DNA from: Allosphingosinicella sp.
Lineage (GTDB): Bacteria > Pseudomonadota > Alphaproteobacteria > Sphingomonadales > Sphingomonadaceae
Direction of reading: 5' to 3'
Length of the DNA: 64,000 nt
Assembly: GCA_036388255.1 (NCBI GenBank)
Contig: DASVSD010000015.1
Span: 1,962-65,961, forward strand
The notes below the pieces were generated by a model. It was not told the origin of the DNA, did not search any database, and was given only the letters and a program-made list of their open reading frames with translations. Both the position numbers and the translations under genes were made by a program. Positions 9,778-19,161 of this stretch are shown here, in pieces. Positions within the stretch are counted from its first letter, which is position 1. Each line of letters starts with the position of its first letter.

Positions 9778-10284
9778 ATGCGCGCGCTCTTTGCCCTGTC
9801 CACGATTCTGATCGTCGCGTGCGGCTCGGAGCCCGCGCCAGCGCCCGCAGACGCCGGGGCCGGATCGGAGGACTCTTTGCGCGGACCAAGCGGAACGCCG
9901 CCCGATCCGCCCGCGCCTCCGCCGCCGGTGGAGAGCCTGCTGGGCCTGGTCCCGCTGGACGATACGGAGGTCCGCGCCGAGCTCGGTGCGGGTCCCTTCT
10001 GTACCCTGAGCGACGGCGGGCGCCCGCTGATGGCGGCCAGGGTGGGCGGCGCGGTCGTCAAGGATCGCGGCAGGATCGTCCGTCTCATGCCGGAAGCGCG
10101 CGACTGGACCGCTTTGGGCGAAGGCGGGCGGTTCGCCTCGGCGGAGCTGACGGTCGAGGTCGATGCCGGCGCGCTCGTCGGGCGCTATGAGGAACTCGTC
10201 GAGCGGGATGCGAGCGTGACGGTCGCGCGCGCCGGGCGCAGCTTCGCGGTGTCGCACGGACCGCGATGGGCCTGCGGGTCCTGA
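9778..10284 (+). CDS. Hypothetical lipoprotein
   Basis: AGGAGG directly upstream of ATG; lipobox IVAC; start could be 9766. Confidence 0.7.
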   Translation: MRALFALSTILIVACGSEPAPAPADAGAGSEDSLRGPSGTPPDPPAPPPPVESLLGLVPLDDTEVRAELGAGPFCTLSDGGRPLMAARVGGAVVKDRGRIVRLMPEARDWTALGEGGRFASAELTVEVDAGALVGRYEELVERDASVTVARAGRSFAVSHGPRWACGS

Positions 10285-10318
10285 GTCCCGCTTCGCGATC
10301 GCCGCTGCGGGCGCGAAC

Positions 10319-10702
10319 CTACCAGATCCGCTCCACGCCGAACGCGTCGAACGCCGCTTCGTTCGAGACCAGCGGGACGCCCTCGATCCGCGCCTGGGCG
10401 ATCAGCAGCCGGTCGAACGGGTCCTTGTGCTCGGCCGAAAGCAGCCCCGCTTCCCTCGCATGAGCGAAGGTCACCGGAAGGACGTCACAACCGGTCTCGA
10501 GCAGCACGGGCTCGAACCGGTTCACCAGCGCGGCGAACCCCGGCAGCTTCCCGAGCCTGTGCTTCAGGCAGATTTCGTAGACCGACACGGAGCTGACCAA
10601 CTTTTCCGCAGCGGCGCCCAAGGCGTCGGCGGCGCGGCGGGAGAGACGGGGGTTGGCTTCCACCGCCCACAAAAGCGTGTGAGTGTCGAGAAGCAGCCTC
10701 AA
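10319..10702 (-). CDS. vapC: Type II TA toxin, VapC/PIN domain
   Basis: LLLDTHTLLW, SVSVYEI, HKDPFDRLLIAQA motifs. Confidence 0.92.
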   Translation of the reverse strand: MRLLLDTHTLLWAVEANPRLSRRAADALGAAAEKLVSSVSVYEICLKHRLGKLPGFAALVNRFEPVLLETGCDVLPVTFAHAREAGLLSAEHKDPFDRLLIAQARIEGVPLVSNEAAFDAFGVERIW

Positions 10703-10944
10703 TCCGCCTGGCCGTTCCAGCGGGCGAGTTCCTCGTCCGGAAGCGGATCGAAGAAGCTGTCATCGAAGGCAACCTGCCCCTTGAGCGCGCCGAGCAGCGG
10801 CTTCTTCTTCTTTGGCGGCGCCGGCGGCACTATCCGGGCGACGACCCGATTGCGGTTGGTGATCTCGACCTCGCGGCCCTCGGCTACGTGCCGCAGCAGG
10901 CGCGAGAGGTGGGTCTTGGCTTCATGGACGCTGACGCTGGTCAT
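10699..10944 (-). CDS. Type II TA antitoxin, Phd/YefM family
   Basis: VSVHEAKTHLSRLL...GREVEIT...FFDPLPDEEL; overlaps the toxin start by 4 nt. Confidence 0.92.
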   Translation of the reverse strand: MTSVSVHEAKTHLSRLLRHVAEGREVEITNRNRVVARIVPPAPPKKKKPLLGALKGQVAFDDSFFDPLPDEELARWNGQAD

Positions 10945-10953
10945 GAAGGCTAT

Positions 10954-10973
10954 TTAGTCAAGTTGTTGACTAA
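10954..10973. promoter_or_regulatory. Probable TA autoregulatory operator
   Basis: Perfect palindrome TTAGTCAA-GTTG-TTGACTAA 10 nt upstream of the antitoxin start. Confidence 0.7.
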
Positions 10974-10975
10974 GT

Positions 10976-12808
10976 TCAAGCCGCCTCGCTCCTCCGGCTC
11001 TGCCGCTTCCGCTCGTGCGGATCCAGATAGCGCTTGCGCAGCCTGATGCTCTTCGGCGTCACCTCGACCAGCTCGTCGTCCTGGATGTAGGCGATCGCCT
11101 GTTCGAGCGTCATCCGCTTCGGCGGGGTCAGGCGGATGCTCTCGTCCTTGGGGCCGGACGCGCGGAAGTTGGTGAGCTGCTTGGACTTCAAGGGGTTGAC
11201 CTCGAGGTCCTGGGGCTTGGCGTTCTCGCCGATGATCATGCCTTCGTAGAGCTTTTCGCCGGGGGAGATGAAGAGGATGCCGCGCGTCTCGAGCGCGTTC
11301 AGCGCGTAGGCGACCGCCTCGCCCTGCTCCATAGAGATGAGGACTCCGTTCTGACGGCCGGTGATGGGGCCTTTGTACGGGCCGTAGCGCTCGAACAGGC
11401 GGTTCATGATGCCGGTGCCGCGCGTGTCGGAGAGGAACTCGCCGTGATAGCCGATGAGGCCGCGCGACGGGGCAGAGAAGGTCAGCCGGGTCTTGCCGCC
11501 GCCCGACGGGCGCATGTCGGTCATCTCGCCCTTCCGCTGCGCCATCTTCTCGACGACCGTGCCGGCATATTCGTCGTCGACGTCGACCACGACGGTCTCG
11601 TAAGGCTCCTCGCGGCCGCTGGGACCGTCGCGGAACAGGACTCGCGGGCGGCTGATCGAGAGCTCGAAGCCCTCGCGCCGCATCGTCTCGATGAGCACGC
11701 CCAGCTGGAGTTCGCCGCGGCCGGCCACCTCGAACGCGTCCTTGTCGGCGCTCTCGGTCACCCGGATCGCGACATTGCCTTCGGCCTCGCGCTCGAGCCG
11801 GTCGCGGATGACGCGGCTCTGCACCTTGTCGCCGTCGCGGCCGGCATAAGGGCTGTCGTTGACCGCGAAGCTCATCGCCAGCGTCGGCGGGTCGATCGGG
11901 CGGGCCGCGATCGGCCGGGTGACGGCGGGCTCGGCGATGGTGTTGGAGACGGTCGCTTTGGTAAGGCCGGCGATGGCGACGATGTCGCCCGCCTGGGCGC
12001 GCTCGACGGCGACGCGCTCGAGTCCGCGATAGGCGAAGACCTTGGTCGCGCGCCCGGCTTCGACCTCGTTGCCGTCGACGTCAAGCGCCTTGATCGGCGC
12101 GTTGACCTCGAGCCGGCCGCTCTCGATCCGGCCGGTGAGGATGCGCCCGAGGAAGGGGTCGCGGTCGAGGAGGACGCCGATCATCCGGAACGGCCCCTCC
12201 GGGTTCGCGTCGGGGGCGGGGACGTGGGCGACGATCGTCTCGAACAGGGGCGTCAGGTCGCCCTCGCGCACGTCGTCGGAGAGGCCCGCATAGCCGGCGC
12301 GGCCCGACGCGTAGAGGGTCGGGAAGTCGAGCTGCTCGTCGGTGGCGTCGAGGCTGAGGAACAGCTCGAAGCATTCGTCCAGCACTTCGGCCGGGCGCGC
12401 GTCGGGGCGGTCGATCTTGTTGACGACGACGATCGGGCGCAGGCCCAGCGCCAGCGCCTTGCCGGTGACGAACTTGGTCTGCGGCATCGGCCCCTCGGCC
12501 GCGTCGACGAGCAGGATGACGCCGTCGACCATGCTCAGGATCCGCTCGACCTCGGCCCCGAAATCGGCGTGGCCGGGCGTGTCGACGATGTTGATGTGGG
12601 TCGTCTCGCCGTCATGCTCCCATTCGACCGAGGTGCATTTGGCGAGGATGGTGATCCCCCGCTCCTTCTCGAGGTCGTTCGAATCCATCGCCCGCTCCTC
12701 CACGCGCTGGTTGTCGCGGAAGGTGCCGGACTGGCGGAACAGCTGGTCGACCAGGGTGGTCTTGCCGTGGTCGACATGCGCGATGATGGCCACGTTGCGG
12801 AGGCTCAT
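10976..12808 (-). CDS. typA: Translational GTPase TypA/BipA
   Basis: [41 protein letters not shown]; the ORF extension to 13102 is spurious. Confidence 0.97.
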   Translation of the reverse strand: MSLRNVAIIAHVDHGKTTLVDQLFRQSGTFRDNQRVEERAMDSNDLEKERGITILAKCTSVEWEHDGETTHINIVDTPGHADFGAEVERILSMVDGVILLVDAAEGPMPQTKFVTGKALALGLRPIVVVNKIDRPDARPAEVLDECFELFLSLDATDEQLDFPTLYASGRAGYAGLSDDVREGDLTPLFETIVAHVPAPDANPEGPFRMIGVLLDRDPFLGRILTGRIESGRLEVNAPIKALDVDGNEVEAGRATKVFAYRGLERVAVERAQAGDIVAIAGLTKATVSNTIAEPAVTRPIAARPIDPPTLAMSFAVNDSPYAGRDGDKVQSRVIRDRLEREAEGNVAIRVTESADKDAFEVAGRGELQLGVLIETMRREGFELSISRPRVLFRDGPSGREEPYETVVVDVDDEYAGTVVEKMAQRKGEMTDMRPSGGGKTRLTFSAPSRGLIGYHGEFLSDTRGTGIMNRLFERYGPYKGPITGRQNGVLISMEQGEAVAYALNALETRGILFISPGEKLYEGMIIGENAKPQDLEVNPLKSKQLTNFRASGPKDESIRLTPPKRMTLEQAIAYIQDDELVEVTPKSIRLRKRYLDPHERKRQSRRSEAA

Positions 12809-12896
12809 GGGGGTACAACTCTTCAGGGTGGGAATGTTCCGGCGGCTGTAGCGATCATGCTGCGCTGCAGCAAGTGCGGCGACGAGATCGGAAACC

Positions 12897-13322
12897 TCAC
12901 GTCCTTGCCAGGCGCTCGATGAGCTCGACGCCGCGCTCCAGCGCCCGGCGCTCGCTTTCGGCGAGGCGCGAGAGGCGGCCGGCGATCGCGCCCGGCGGAC
13001 CTCGGTCTGCTGCGAGCAGGCTCCTCCCCGCCTCGGTGACGGCGATGCGGACCCGGCGCCGATCGCCGGGATCGGGCTCGCGGCTGGCGAGTCCGGCTGC
13101 AACCAGCCGTTCGACGCTGCGCGACATGGTCGGCGCCCTCACCCCCTCGCGGGCGGCGAGATCGCGAAGCGACAGGGGTCCGGCGGCGGCGATCGAGCCC
13201 AGCGCCGACAGATGCGGCGCGTTGGGAGCGTCGGCCCGGCCCTGCCGCGTCAGCCGGAGCAACCGCACCGCCGCCGCGTGCAGCCGGGCCGCCATCACTT
13301 CCGCCCGAACATCCCCAGGCAT
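12897..13322 (-). CDS. MarR-family transcriptional regulator
   Basis: LAAREGVRAPTMSRSVERL, DPGDRRRVRIAVTEAG. Confidence 0.85.
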   Translation of the reverse strand: MPGDVRAEVMAARLHAAAVRLLRLTRQGRADAPNAPHLSALGSIAAAGPLSLRDLAAREGVRAPTMSRSVERLVAAGLASREPDPGDRRRVRIAVTEAGRSLLAADRGPPGAIAGRLSRLAESERRALERGVELIERLART

Positions 13323-13393
13323 CGACACTTAGCCTACACAATGATTGCTCTCGGCTAATTATTAGCAGCGGGTACAATCACTATCAAGCCGGA

Positions 13394-13516
13394 CTAGTCG
13401 ATCCACATCCTGATCAACCCGGCGACAGCCGCCACCGCCGCTACGCCCGCCACCCACAGGCCGACGAACCACGCGATGCGGCGGTGGAGCGGTAGCTCGG
13501 GCGGGGGCCCCGCCAT
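13394..13516 (-). CDS. Small membrane protein downstream of cydB (DUF2474-like)
   Basis: 40 aa MAGPPPELPLHRRIAWFVGLWVAGV...; TGATG coupling with the cydB stop. Confidence 0.8.
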   Translation of the reverse strand: MAGPPPELPLHRRIAWFVGLWVAGVAAVAAVAGLIRMWID

Positions 13517-14514
13517 CAATGATATCCTTCTTCGCCGACCTTGCCGCGGAACACCCAATAGGACCAGGCGGTGTAGGCCAGGATCAGCGGGATCAACACC
13601 GTCGCGCCGACCAGCATGAAGAGCTGCGAGCTCTCCGGGGCGGCCGCCTCCCAGATGGTGACGCGGCCGGGGACCACGTCCGGCCAGATCGAGATTGCGA
13701 GGCCGATCATCGAAAGCAGGAACAGGGCGAGGGTCAGCACGAAGGGCAGCCAGTCCCGCCGCGCGCCGCGGATGCTCCACCAGAGCGCCAGCGCCGTGGC
13801 GCCCACGAAGAGCGGCATCGGCACGGTCACCAGCAACCCCGGATATTCGAACCAGCGCTCGTGATATTTGTTCTCGAGGAAGGGCGTGGCGAGGCTGACC
13901 GCGCCGATCGCGAGCAAGAGACCGGGCGCCAGCCAGGTCGCGGCGCGGCGCGCATCCTGCTGGATCGACCCTTGCGTCTTCCAGATCAGCCAGCAGGCGC
14001 CGAGCAAGGCGTAGCCGACCACCAGGGCGGCGCCGGTGAGCAGGCTGAAGGGCGAAAGCCAGTCCCACCAGCCGCCGGCATAGGCCCGGCCCTCGACGCT
14101 GATCCCCTGGAGCAATGCGCCCAATGTGATCCCCTGCGCGAAGGCCGCGACCAGCGAGCCGAGGCCGAAGCCGGCGTCCCAGAGGGGCCGGTGGCGGGGA
14201 TCCCGCCAGCGGAACTCGAAGGCGACGCCGCGAAAGACCAGGCCGAGCAGCATCGCGAGCAAGGGAGCGTAGAGCGCGGGAAGGATGATCGCATAAGCGA
14301 GCGGAAAGGCGGCGAGCAGGCCGCCGCCGCCCATCACCAGCCAGGTCTCGTTGCCGTCCCAGACCGGCGCCACCGCGTTCATCGCCTGGTCGCGCTCCCT
14401 GCCGACCCGGAAGAAGGGGAAGAGGATGCCGATGCCGAGGTCGAACCCGTCCATCACGACATAGGCCGCGACCGCGAAGGCGATGATCAACGCCCAGACG
14501 ATGGTGAGGTCCAT
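13516..14514 (-). CDS. cydB: Cytochrome bd ubiquinol oxidase subunit II
   Basis: YVVMDGFDLGIG, APVWDGNETWLV, FRGVAFEFR, YWVFRGKV. Confidence 0.96.
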   Translation of the reverse strand: MDLTIVWALIIAFAVAAYVVMDGFDLGIGILFPFFRVGRERDQAMNAVAPVWDGNETWLVMGGGGLLAAFPLAYAIILPALYAPLLAMLLGLVFRGVAFEFRWRDPRHRPLWDAGFGLGSLVAAFAQGITLGALLQGISVEGRAYAGGWWDWLSPFSLLTGAALVVGYALLGACWLIWKTQGSIQQDARRAATWLAPGLLLAIGAVSLATPFLENKYHERWFEYPGLLVTVPMPLFVGATALALWWSIRGARRDWLPFVLTLALFLLSMIGLAISIWPDVVPGRVTIWEAAAPESSQLFMLVGATVLIPLILAYTAWSYWVFRGKVGEEGYH

Positions 14515-14646
14515 CAGTTCCTCCCCGGCACGGGGAGGGGGACCGCACGAAGTGCGGTGGAGGGGGGCGAGCGCAGCGAGCATGGAGGCCGGGGCCCCCT
14601 CCACCAGCCTGCGGCTGGTCCCCCTCCCCGTACCGGGGAGGAATTG
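14515..14646. repeat. REP-like inverted doublet (TCCTCCCC...GGGGAGGGGGACC...GGTGGAGGGG family) between cydA and cydB
   Basis: Two inverted copies; the same family occurs at 31716-32001. Confidence 0.85.
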
Positions 14647-14656
14647 ACGCGCCCCA

Positions 14657-16072
14657 TCACTTTTCCTCTCCCTCGCCGCGGCCGCGGACCGCGGCGGCCG
14701 GGGTGATGCCGGCCGTCCGGATCGGGGCGCGCGCAGGCTCGCCCTCGCCGGCCGCCGGAGGCTGGCGCATCAGGCGAAGAATGTACCAAGTCCCCATCGC
14801 GAAGACGGCGAAATAGACGATCACGAAGGCGACCAGCGACGCCGAGACCGCCGGGGCGGCGATCGGCGAGACCGCGTCGCGGGTGCGCAAGAGGCCGTAG
14901 ACCACCCAGGGCTGCCGCCCGACCTCCGTCGTCACCCAGCCCGCAATCACCGCGACGAACCCCGCCGGGCCCATGACGAGGGCGAAGCGGTGCAGCCAGC
15001 GCCAGTCGTACAGCCGCCGCCGCCAGCGCGCGGCGAGGCTCGCGAGGCCGAGCGCCAACATCAGGAAGCCGAGCGCGACCATGATCCGGAACGACCAGAA
15101 CACGATCGGCGCGGGCGGCCAGTCCTCGCGCCGGATGGTGTCGAGCCCGGCCATCGGCGCGTGCCGGTCGTGGTGGAGGCCGAGCGAGCCCATGCCCGGG
15201 AAGGAGATTGCGTAGCGCACCGTCGCCGCCTCCTGGTCGGGAAGGCCGACGGCGATCCACGGCGCCCCTTCCGGATAGCTTCGATAATAGCCCTCGATCG
15301 CCATGATCTTGGCCGGCTGGTGCTCGAGCGTGGCGAGCCCGTGCATGTCCCCGACGAAGATCTGGACCGGCGCGACCAGGGCGGCCATCCACATCGCCAT
15401 CGAGAAGCTCGTCCGAACGGCCGGATTGTCGTTTCCGCGCAGCAAATGCCAGGCGCCGACCCCGCCGACGACCAAAGCGGTGGTGAGGTAGGCGGCGATG
15501 ACGGTGTGGACGAGCCGGTAGGGGAAGCTCGGATTGAAGACGATGTCGAGCCAGCTTCCAGCCGGGACGAACTGTCCCGCCGCATTGGTCGTCCAGCCGG
15601 TCGGCGTGTGCATCCAGCTGTTGGCCGAGAGGATCCAGAAGGCGGACATCAAGGTGCCGGCGGCGACCATGCAGGTCGCGAAGAAATGGAGCTTGCGGCC
15701 CACCCGCTCCATGCCGAACAGCATGACGCCCAGGAAGCCCGCCTCGAGGAAGAAGGCGGTCAGCACCTCATAGGCCATGAGCGGGCCGATGATGGGGCCC
15801 GCGCGGTCGGAGAAGACCGACCAGTTGGTGCCGAACTGGTAGGACATGACGATGCCAGAGACGACACCCATCGCAAAGGCGATGGCGAAGATCTTGAGCC
15901 AGTAGCGGTAGAGGGTGAGATAGGCCTCGCGCCCCGTCTTCAGCCACAGGCCCTCGAGCACGGCGAGCCAGGACGCCAGCCCGATCGAGAAAGCCGGAAA
16001 GATGAAGTGGAACGAAACGGTGAAGGCGAACTGCGCCCGCGCCAGCAGCAATGCCGTCTCGCCGTCCGCCAC
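14657..16072 (-). CDS. cydA: Cytochrome bd ubiquinol oxidase subunit I (short Q-loop, CioA-like)
   Basis: ARAQFAFTVSFHFIFP, YQFGTNW, FFLEAGFLG, GWVTTEVGRQPW. Confidence 0.96.
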   Translation of the reverse strand: MADGETALLLARAQFAFTVSFHFIFPAFSIGLASWLAVLEGLWLKTGREAYLTLYRYWLKIFAIAFAMGVVSGIVMSYQFGTNWSVFSDRAGPIIGPLMAYEVLTAFFLEAGFLGVMLFGMERVGRKLHFFATCMVAAGTLMSAFWILSANSWMHTPTGWTTNAAGQFVPAGSWLDIVFNPSFPYRLVHTVIAAYLTTALVVGGVGAWHLLRGNDNPAVRTSFSMAMWMAALVAPVQIFVGDMHGLATLEHQPAKIMAIEGYYRSYPEGAPWIAVGLPDQEAATVRYAISFPGMGSLGLHHDRHAPMAGLDTIRREDWPPAPIVFWSFRIMVALGFLMLALGLASLAARWRRRLYDWRWLHRFALVMGPAGFVAVIAGWVTTEVGRQPWVVYGLLRTRDAVSPIAAPAVSASLVAFVIVYFAVFAMGTWYILRLMRQPPAAGEGEPARAPIRTAGITPAAAVRGRGEGEEK

Positions 16073-16129
16073 TTCAGCCTCCGCTGCCGACGCGGCCGCC
16101 TGTAGCGGCGGGCGGCCGCGGCGTCACCC

Positions 16130-16747
16130 TCAGACGGCGGCGGCGAGGAAGTCGTTGCGGCGCTTGAAACGGTCCGGCGGGACGCCCTTCCAGTTCGCAG
16201 GGGCCGCCATCACCCTCTTGAGCGAGCCGAGGTCGTTGTTGACCAGCAGCTTCTGGACGAGGTTGCGGCTCGCCGGGGTGTAGTCGCCGCGGAACTTGAG
16301 ATCGACGAGGATGTCGCGGATCGCCGGGTGGGCCTTGTCCCAGTCGGCCTTGCCGAACTTGGCGACGCAATCGGGCTTGGCCGAGATACGCTTCACCTCC
16401 GCTTCCTCGTCCCGGTAGCTGATCTCGAACAGCTTGACCTGCGTCTCCTGGCTGATCGAGAAGCCGGACAGCCCGTTCGCGGCGACGAAATTCTTCGCCG
16501 CCTGGCCCGATAGGCCCGCCGCGCCGCTGATCTTCTGGGCGTCCGCCGGGGCGACGCCGGCGGCGGTCAGGTCGGCGACGGTCTTCGCTTTGGTCTTCAT
16601 CTTCATGTCGTAGCCGCGGCCGATGGTCAGGCCCGATGACGGCGTCGGCACGTGGAAGACGCGACTGTGGAACTTGCTGCCCGGCTGCTCGACGCCTTCG
16701 CTCTCGAAGGTGACGATGCCGCGGCTCGGCTTCAGGACGTCCGGCAT
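16130..16747 (-). CDS. Pesticin C-terminal-like muramidase (T4-lysozyme-like)
   Basis: VTFESEG...HSRVFHVP..SSGLTIGRGYDM and LVDLKFRGDY motifs; GGAGAG RBS. Confidence 0.75.
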   Translation of the reverse strand: MPDVLKPSRGIVTFESEGVEQPGSKFHSRVFHVPTPSSGLTIGRGYDMKMKTKAKTVADLTAAGVAPADAQKISGAAGLSGQAAKNFVAANGLSGFSISQETQVKLFEISYRDEEAEVKRISAKPDCVAKFGKADWDKAHPAIRDILVDLKFRGDYTPASRNLVQKLLVNNDLGSLKRVMAAPANWKGVPPDRFKRRNDFLAAAV

Positions 16748-16851
16748 GGCTGCTCTCCCCCAGCCGGACGGAGAGGCCGCACGACAGCGCACCCCAGCGA
16801 CTCGGCGCGCCGAGAATTGGGCGAGGCGGATTGAGCGTCAAGCCGGAGAAG

Positions 16852-16925
16852 TGGATGCCCGACGAGGATTCGAACCTCGATTGACGGAGTCAGAGTCCGT
16901 AGTCTTACCATTAGACGATCGGGCA
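16852..16925 (-). tRNA. tRNA-Gln (CTG)
   Basis: Cloverleaf: acceptor TGCCCGA/TCGGGCA, anticodon loop CT-CTG-AC, GGTTCGAATCC T-arm, encoded CCA. Confidence 0.97.
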
Positions 16926-16979
16926 GAGGCCGGCGGGCGAGATAGGCAGCAGGGCCCGGAGTGTCAACGCGGGTCCACG

Positions 16980-17004
16980 GGGACAGTCACTAGGGACTGT
17001 CCCC
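16980..17004. repeat. Short GGGACAGTC...GACTGTCCC hairpin
   Basis: Perfect 9-bp arms directly after the GST stop codon. Confidence 0.65.
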
Positions 17005-17648
17005 TAAGCGGCGCGCTGCAGGAACGCCGCCTCGCGGTCGGTGCAGGCCTTGAAGCTCGGCCGATCGAGGATGGCCGCGACATAAGAAGTGATCTTCGGC
17101 CAGCGGTCCGGGTCGATCGCGACGCTGAGATGGCGCAGGTTGGCGAACGGGCTGGCGACGGCGATGTCGGCAAGGGTCAGCCGGTCCTCGACAAGGAAGC
17201 CGCTCTCCGGAATGCGGCCCTCGAGATAATCGAGCAAAGGCGGCAGCTCGGTGCGCTCGGCGACGTCGGCCGCGGCGAGATCGCCCTCGCGGCCGAGGAA
17301 TTTGGGCGCGACGATGCGGTTGAAGAACATCTTGGCGCCGCAGGCGCACAGGATCGTGTCCGAGAACTCCTCGTACCAGATGGCGCGCGCCCGGGCCTTC
17401 GGCTCGGTGGGAATGAGGTTCGGCTCCGGCCGGATCGCCTCGAGATAGGCGATGATCGCGGTTGAATCGGAGATGGCGAAATCGCCGTCGCGAAAGCCGG
17501 GAATCTTCCCGAAGGGGCTCGCCTCGCGGAATTCGGGATCCTCGGAGCCCAAGCCGACCGGCTTCGATTCGACCTCGATCCCCTTCTCGGCGGCGAAGGC
17601 CAGCACCTTGCGCACGAAGGGAGACAGCGAAGAGCCGTAGACGATCAT
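17004..17648 (-). CDS. Glutathione S-transferase family protein
   Basis: SPFVRKVL, SPFGKIP, ISDSTAIIAYLE, LTLADIA. Confidence 0.92.
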   Translation of the reverse strand: MIVYGSSLSPFVRKVLAFAAEKGIEVESKPVGLGSEDPEFREASPFGKIPGFRDGDFAISDSTAIIAYLEAIRPEPNLIPTEPKARARAIWYEEFSDTILCACGAKMFFNRIVAPKFLGREGDLAAADVAERTELPPLLDYLEGRIPESGFLVEDRLTLADIAVASPFANLRHLSVAIDPDRWPKITSYVAAILDRPSFKACTDREAAFLQRAA

Positions 17649-17733
17649 GATCCACTCCCTTTTTAGTTTCGATTCGATACTATTCCCCCCAGTGCCCCCC
17701 GGCAAGTCTCGTCGCGCCCCGACGAGCGCTCGC

Positions 17734-18558
17734 TCACGCGCTCCCGCATCCCTCGAAATGCGCGCTGAGCAGCGCCCGCCAGGCTTCGGGGCCGCCGTCG
17801 TCGATTCCGGTGAGGCGGAGCGCGAAATCGCGATACTCTTCGTGATTGGGGATGCCCCATTCGGCGGCGAGGACATGCCCTTCGGCGGCGTCGAACCAGA
17901 GCGGGCCGCCATTTCCTCCGAAGGCCGGGCCCCCGACTTCAAAGCGCAACGCCCGGCGTCCCTGCCATTCTTCCTCGCGCACGAAGCGCGCGTCCGCGCG
18001 GCCGAGATAGCGCAGCCATCCGTCCGGCCCCGCCGGCGGCCAGATGAGAGGCAGGCCGAAGCTGAAGTCGGCGCGGCGGTCGGGCCGAAGTTGCGCCGTG
18101 ACGGTGAGGCTGGCGAGATCGAAATCGAAGATGTGCCAGGGCTCGTCCGGGATCGGCAGCGAGCCCGCGAGGCGCCCGTCCGGAAGGTCGACGCGCACGT
18201 CGATCCGCCGTGCGAGGGGATCGTAGGTCAGGAAGGCGAACGCCTCGCGCCCGGCATTGGGCCGCAGCCGCCCGCCGGTGATCCGGCTCGCCTGTCCGCG
18301 CGCGAGGTCGAGATCGGCGGTCACCAAAGCGGCGTTGGTGCAGCGGCTGCGCATCTTCGCGACCTCGATATGGGTGCGGGTGGCGCGATAGACGTGGATC
18401 CGCTCCGCCTCGCTGCCGTCGCGGTTGCTGCGCACATAGGAGTAGATGCGCCCGATCCGCTCCTCGGGTCGCGCGAGCTCGGGCGCCGGCGCAGGACCGC
18501 AGCCGAGGAGCCCCGCCAGGAACGCGGCGAGCAATGCGAATCGAGGGACGGACGCCAT
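17734..18558 (-). CDS. Hypothetical lipoprotein
   Basis: Lipobox LLGC; TGATG-coupled to the DUF6456 gene. Confidence 0.7.
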   Translation of the reverse strand: MASVPRFALLAAFLAGLLGCGPAPAPELARPEERIGRIYSYVRSNRDGSEAERIHVYRATRTHIEVAKMRSRCTNAALVTADLDLARGQASRITGGRLRPNAGREAFAFLTYDPLARRIDVRVDLPDGRLAGSLPIPDEPWHIFDFDLASLTVTAQLRPDRRADFSFGLPLIWPPAGPDGWLRYLGRADARFVREEEWQGRRALRFEVGGPAFGGNGGPLWFDAAEGHVLAAEWGIPNHEEYRDFALRLTGIDDGGPEAWRALLSAHFEGCGSA

Positions 18559-19067
18559 CAGCGGATCCGGTAATAGTCGGCGAGCCGGTCGAGGGCGAGG
18601 GTGAGCACGAGCTTGCCGGCGCGGGCGGGCCAGCCGAGCGCGCGCTCGACCTCGCGCATGCCTTCTCCGGCGCACACCACCCGCCACAGCACGTCGTCGA
18701 GGCCTCCGCCGACCGCCGCCACCGCCGCCTCGAAGCGGAGCTTGGCCGCGACGGCGGCGTCGCTCGGATCCGCCTCCTCGGGCGCGCCGCCGGTCGGTCG
18801 GCCGACCGGGGCGCCGCTCCAGCGCATCGTCACGCTCGGCGGCAGCTGCGAGCGTTCCCAATCCTCGCGCAGCCGCTCCGCCGCGTCATGCTGCCGGCCG
18901 CTGACATGGCCGCGCGCCTTCAGCCAGCCGAGCGGCGATTCGACGAGATTCACCGTCACCGAGCGCGCCGTCCGGTTGCGCGCGCGGCCGCCCGGCCGCG
19001 GCCGCCGCGGCGCTTCGTCGTCGGGCAGCGCCCGCTCGACCAGCAGCCGGTTCCTTCTTTCCTTCAT
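18558..19067 (-). CDS. DUF6456 domain protein (GafA C-terminal/GafZ-like)
   Basis: VTVNLVESPLGWL, AAERLREDW, EVERALGWPARAGKLVLTLALDRLADYY. Confidence 0.8.
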   Translation of the reverse strand: MKERRNRLLVERALPDDEAPRRPRPGGRARNRTARSVTVNLVESPLGWLKARGHVSGRQHDAAERLREDWERSQLPPSVTMRWSGAPVGRPTGGAPEEADPSDAAVAAKLRFEAAVAAVGGGLDDVLWRVVCAGEGMREVERALGWPARAGKLVLTLALDRLADYYRIR

Positions 19068-19137
19068 GGTCTCGCACCCCTGCGAATCGCTGGAAAGAAG
19101 GGCTTGCCACGCCGGATATATTATTGAAAAGAGGCCG

Positions 19138-19150
19138 AACCGCATGGGTT
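19138..19150. promoter_or_regulatory. Candidate operator in the divergent promoter region
   Basis: AACC-GCATG-GGTT palindrome between the DUF6456 and XRE genes. Confidence 0.35.
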
Positions 19151-19161
19151 AGGAAAAAGAG

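Noticed and set aside
12809-13102. N-terminal extension of TypA in the ORF track
   Set aside because: Overlaps the MarR gene; the conserved start is MSLRN at 12808
16800-16870. Prophage or island integrated at tRNA-Gln
   Set aside because: No integrase and no duplicated tRNA 3' end were seen in the window
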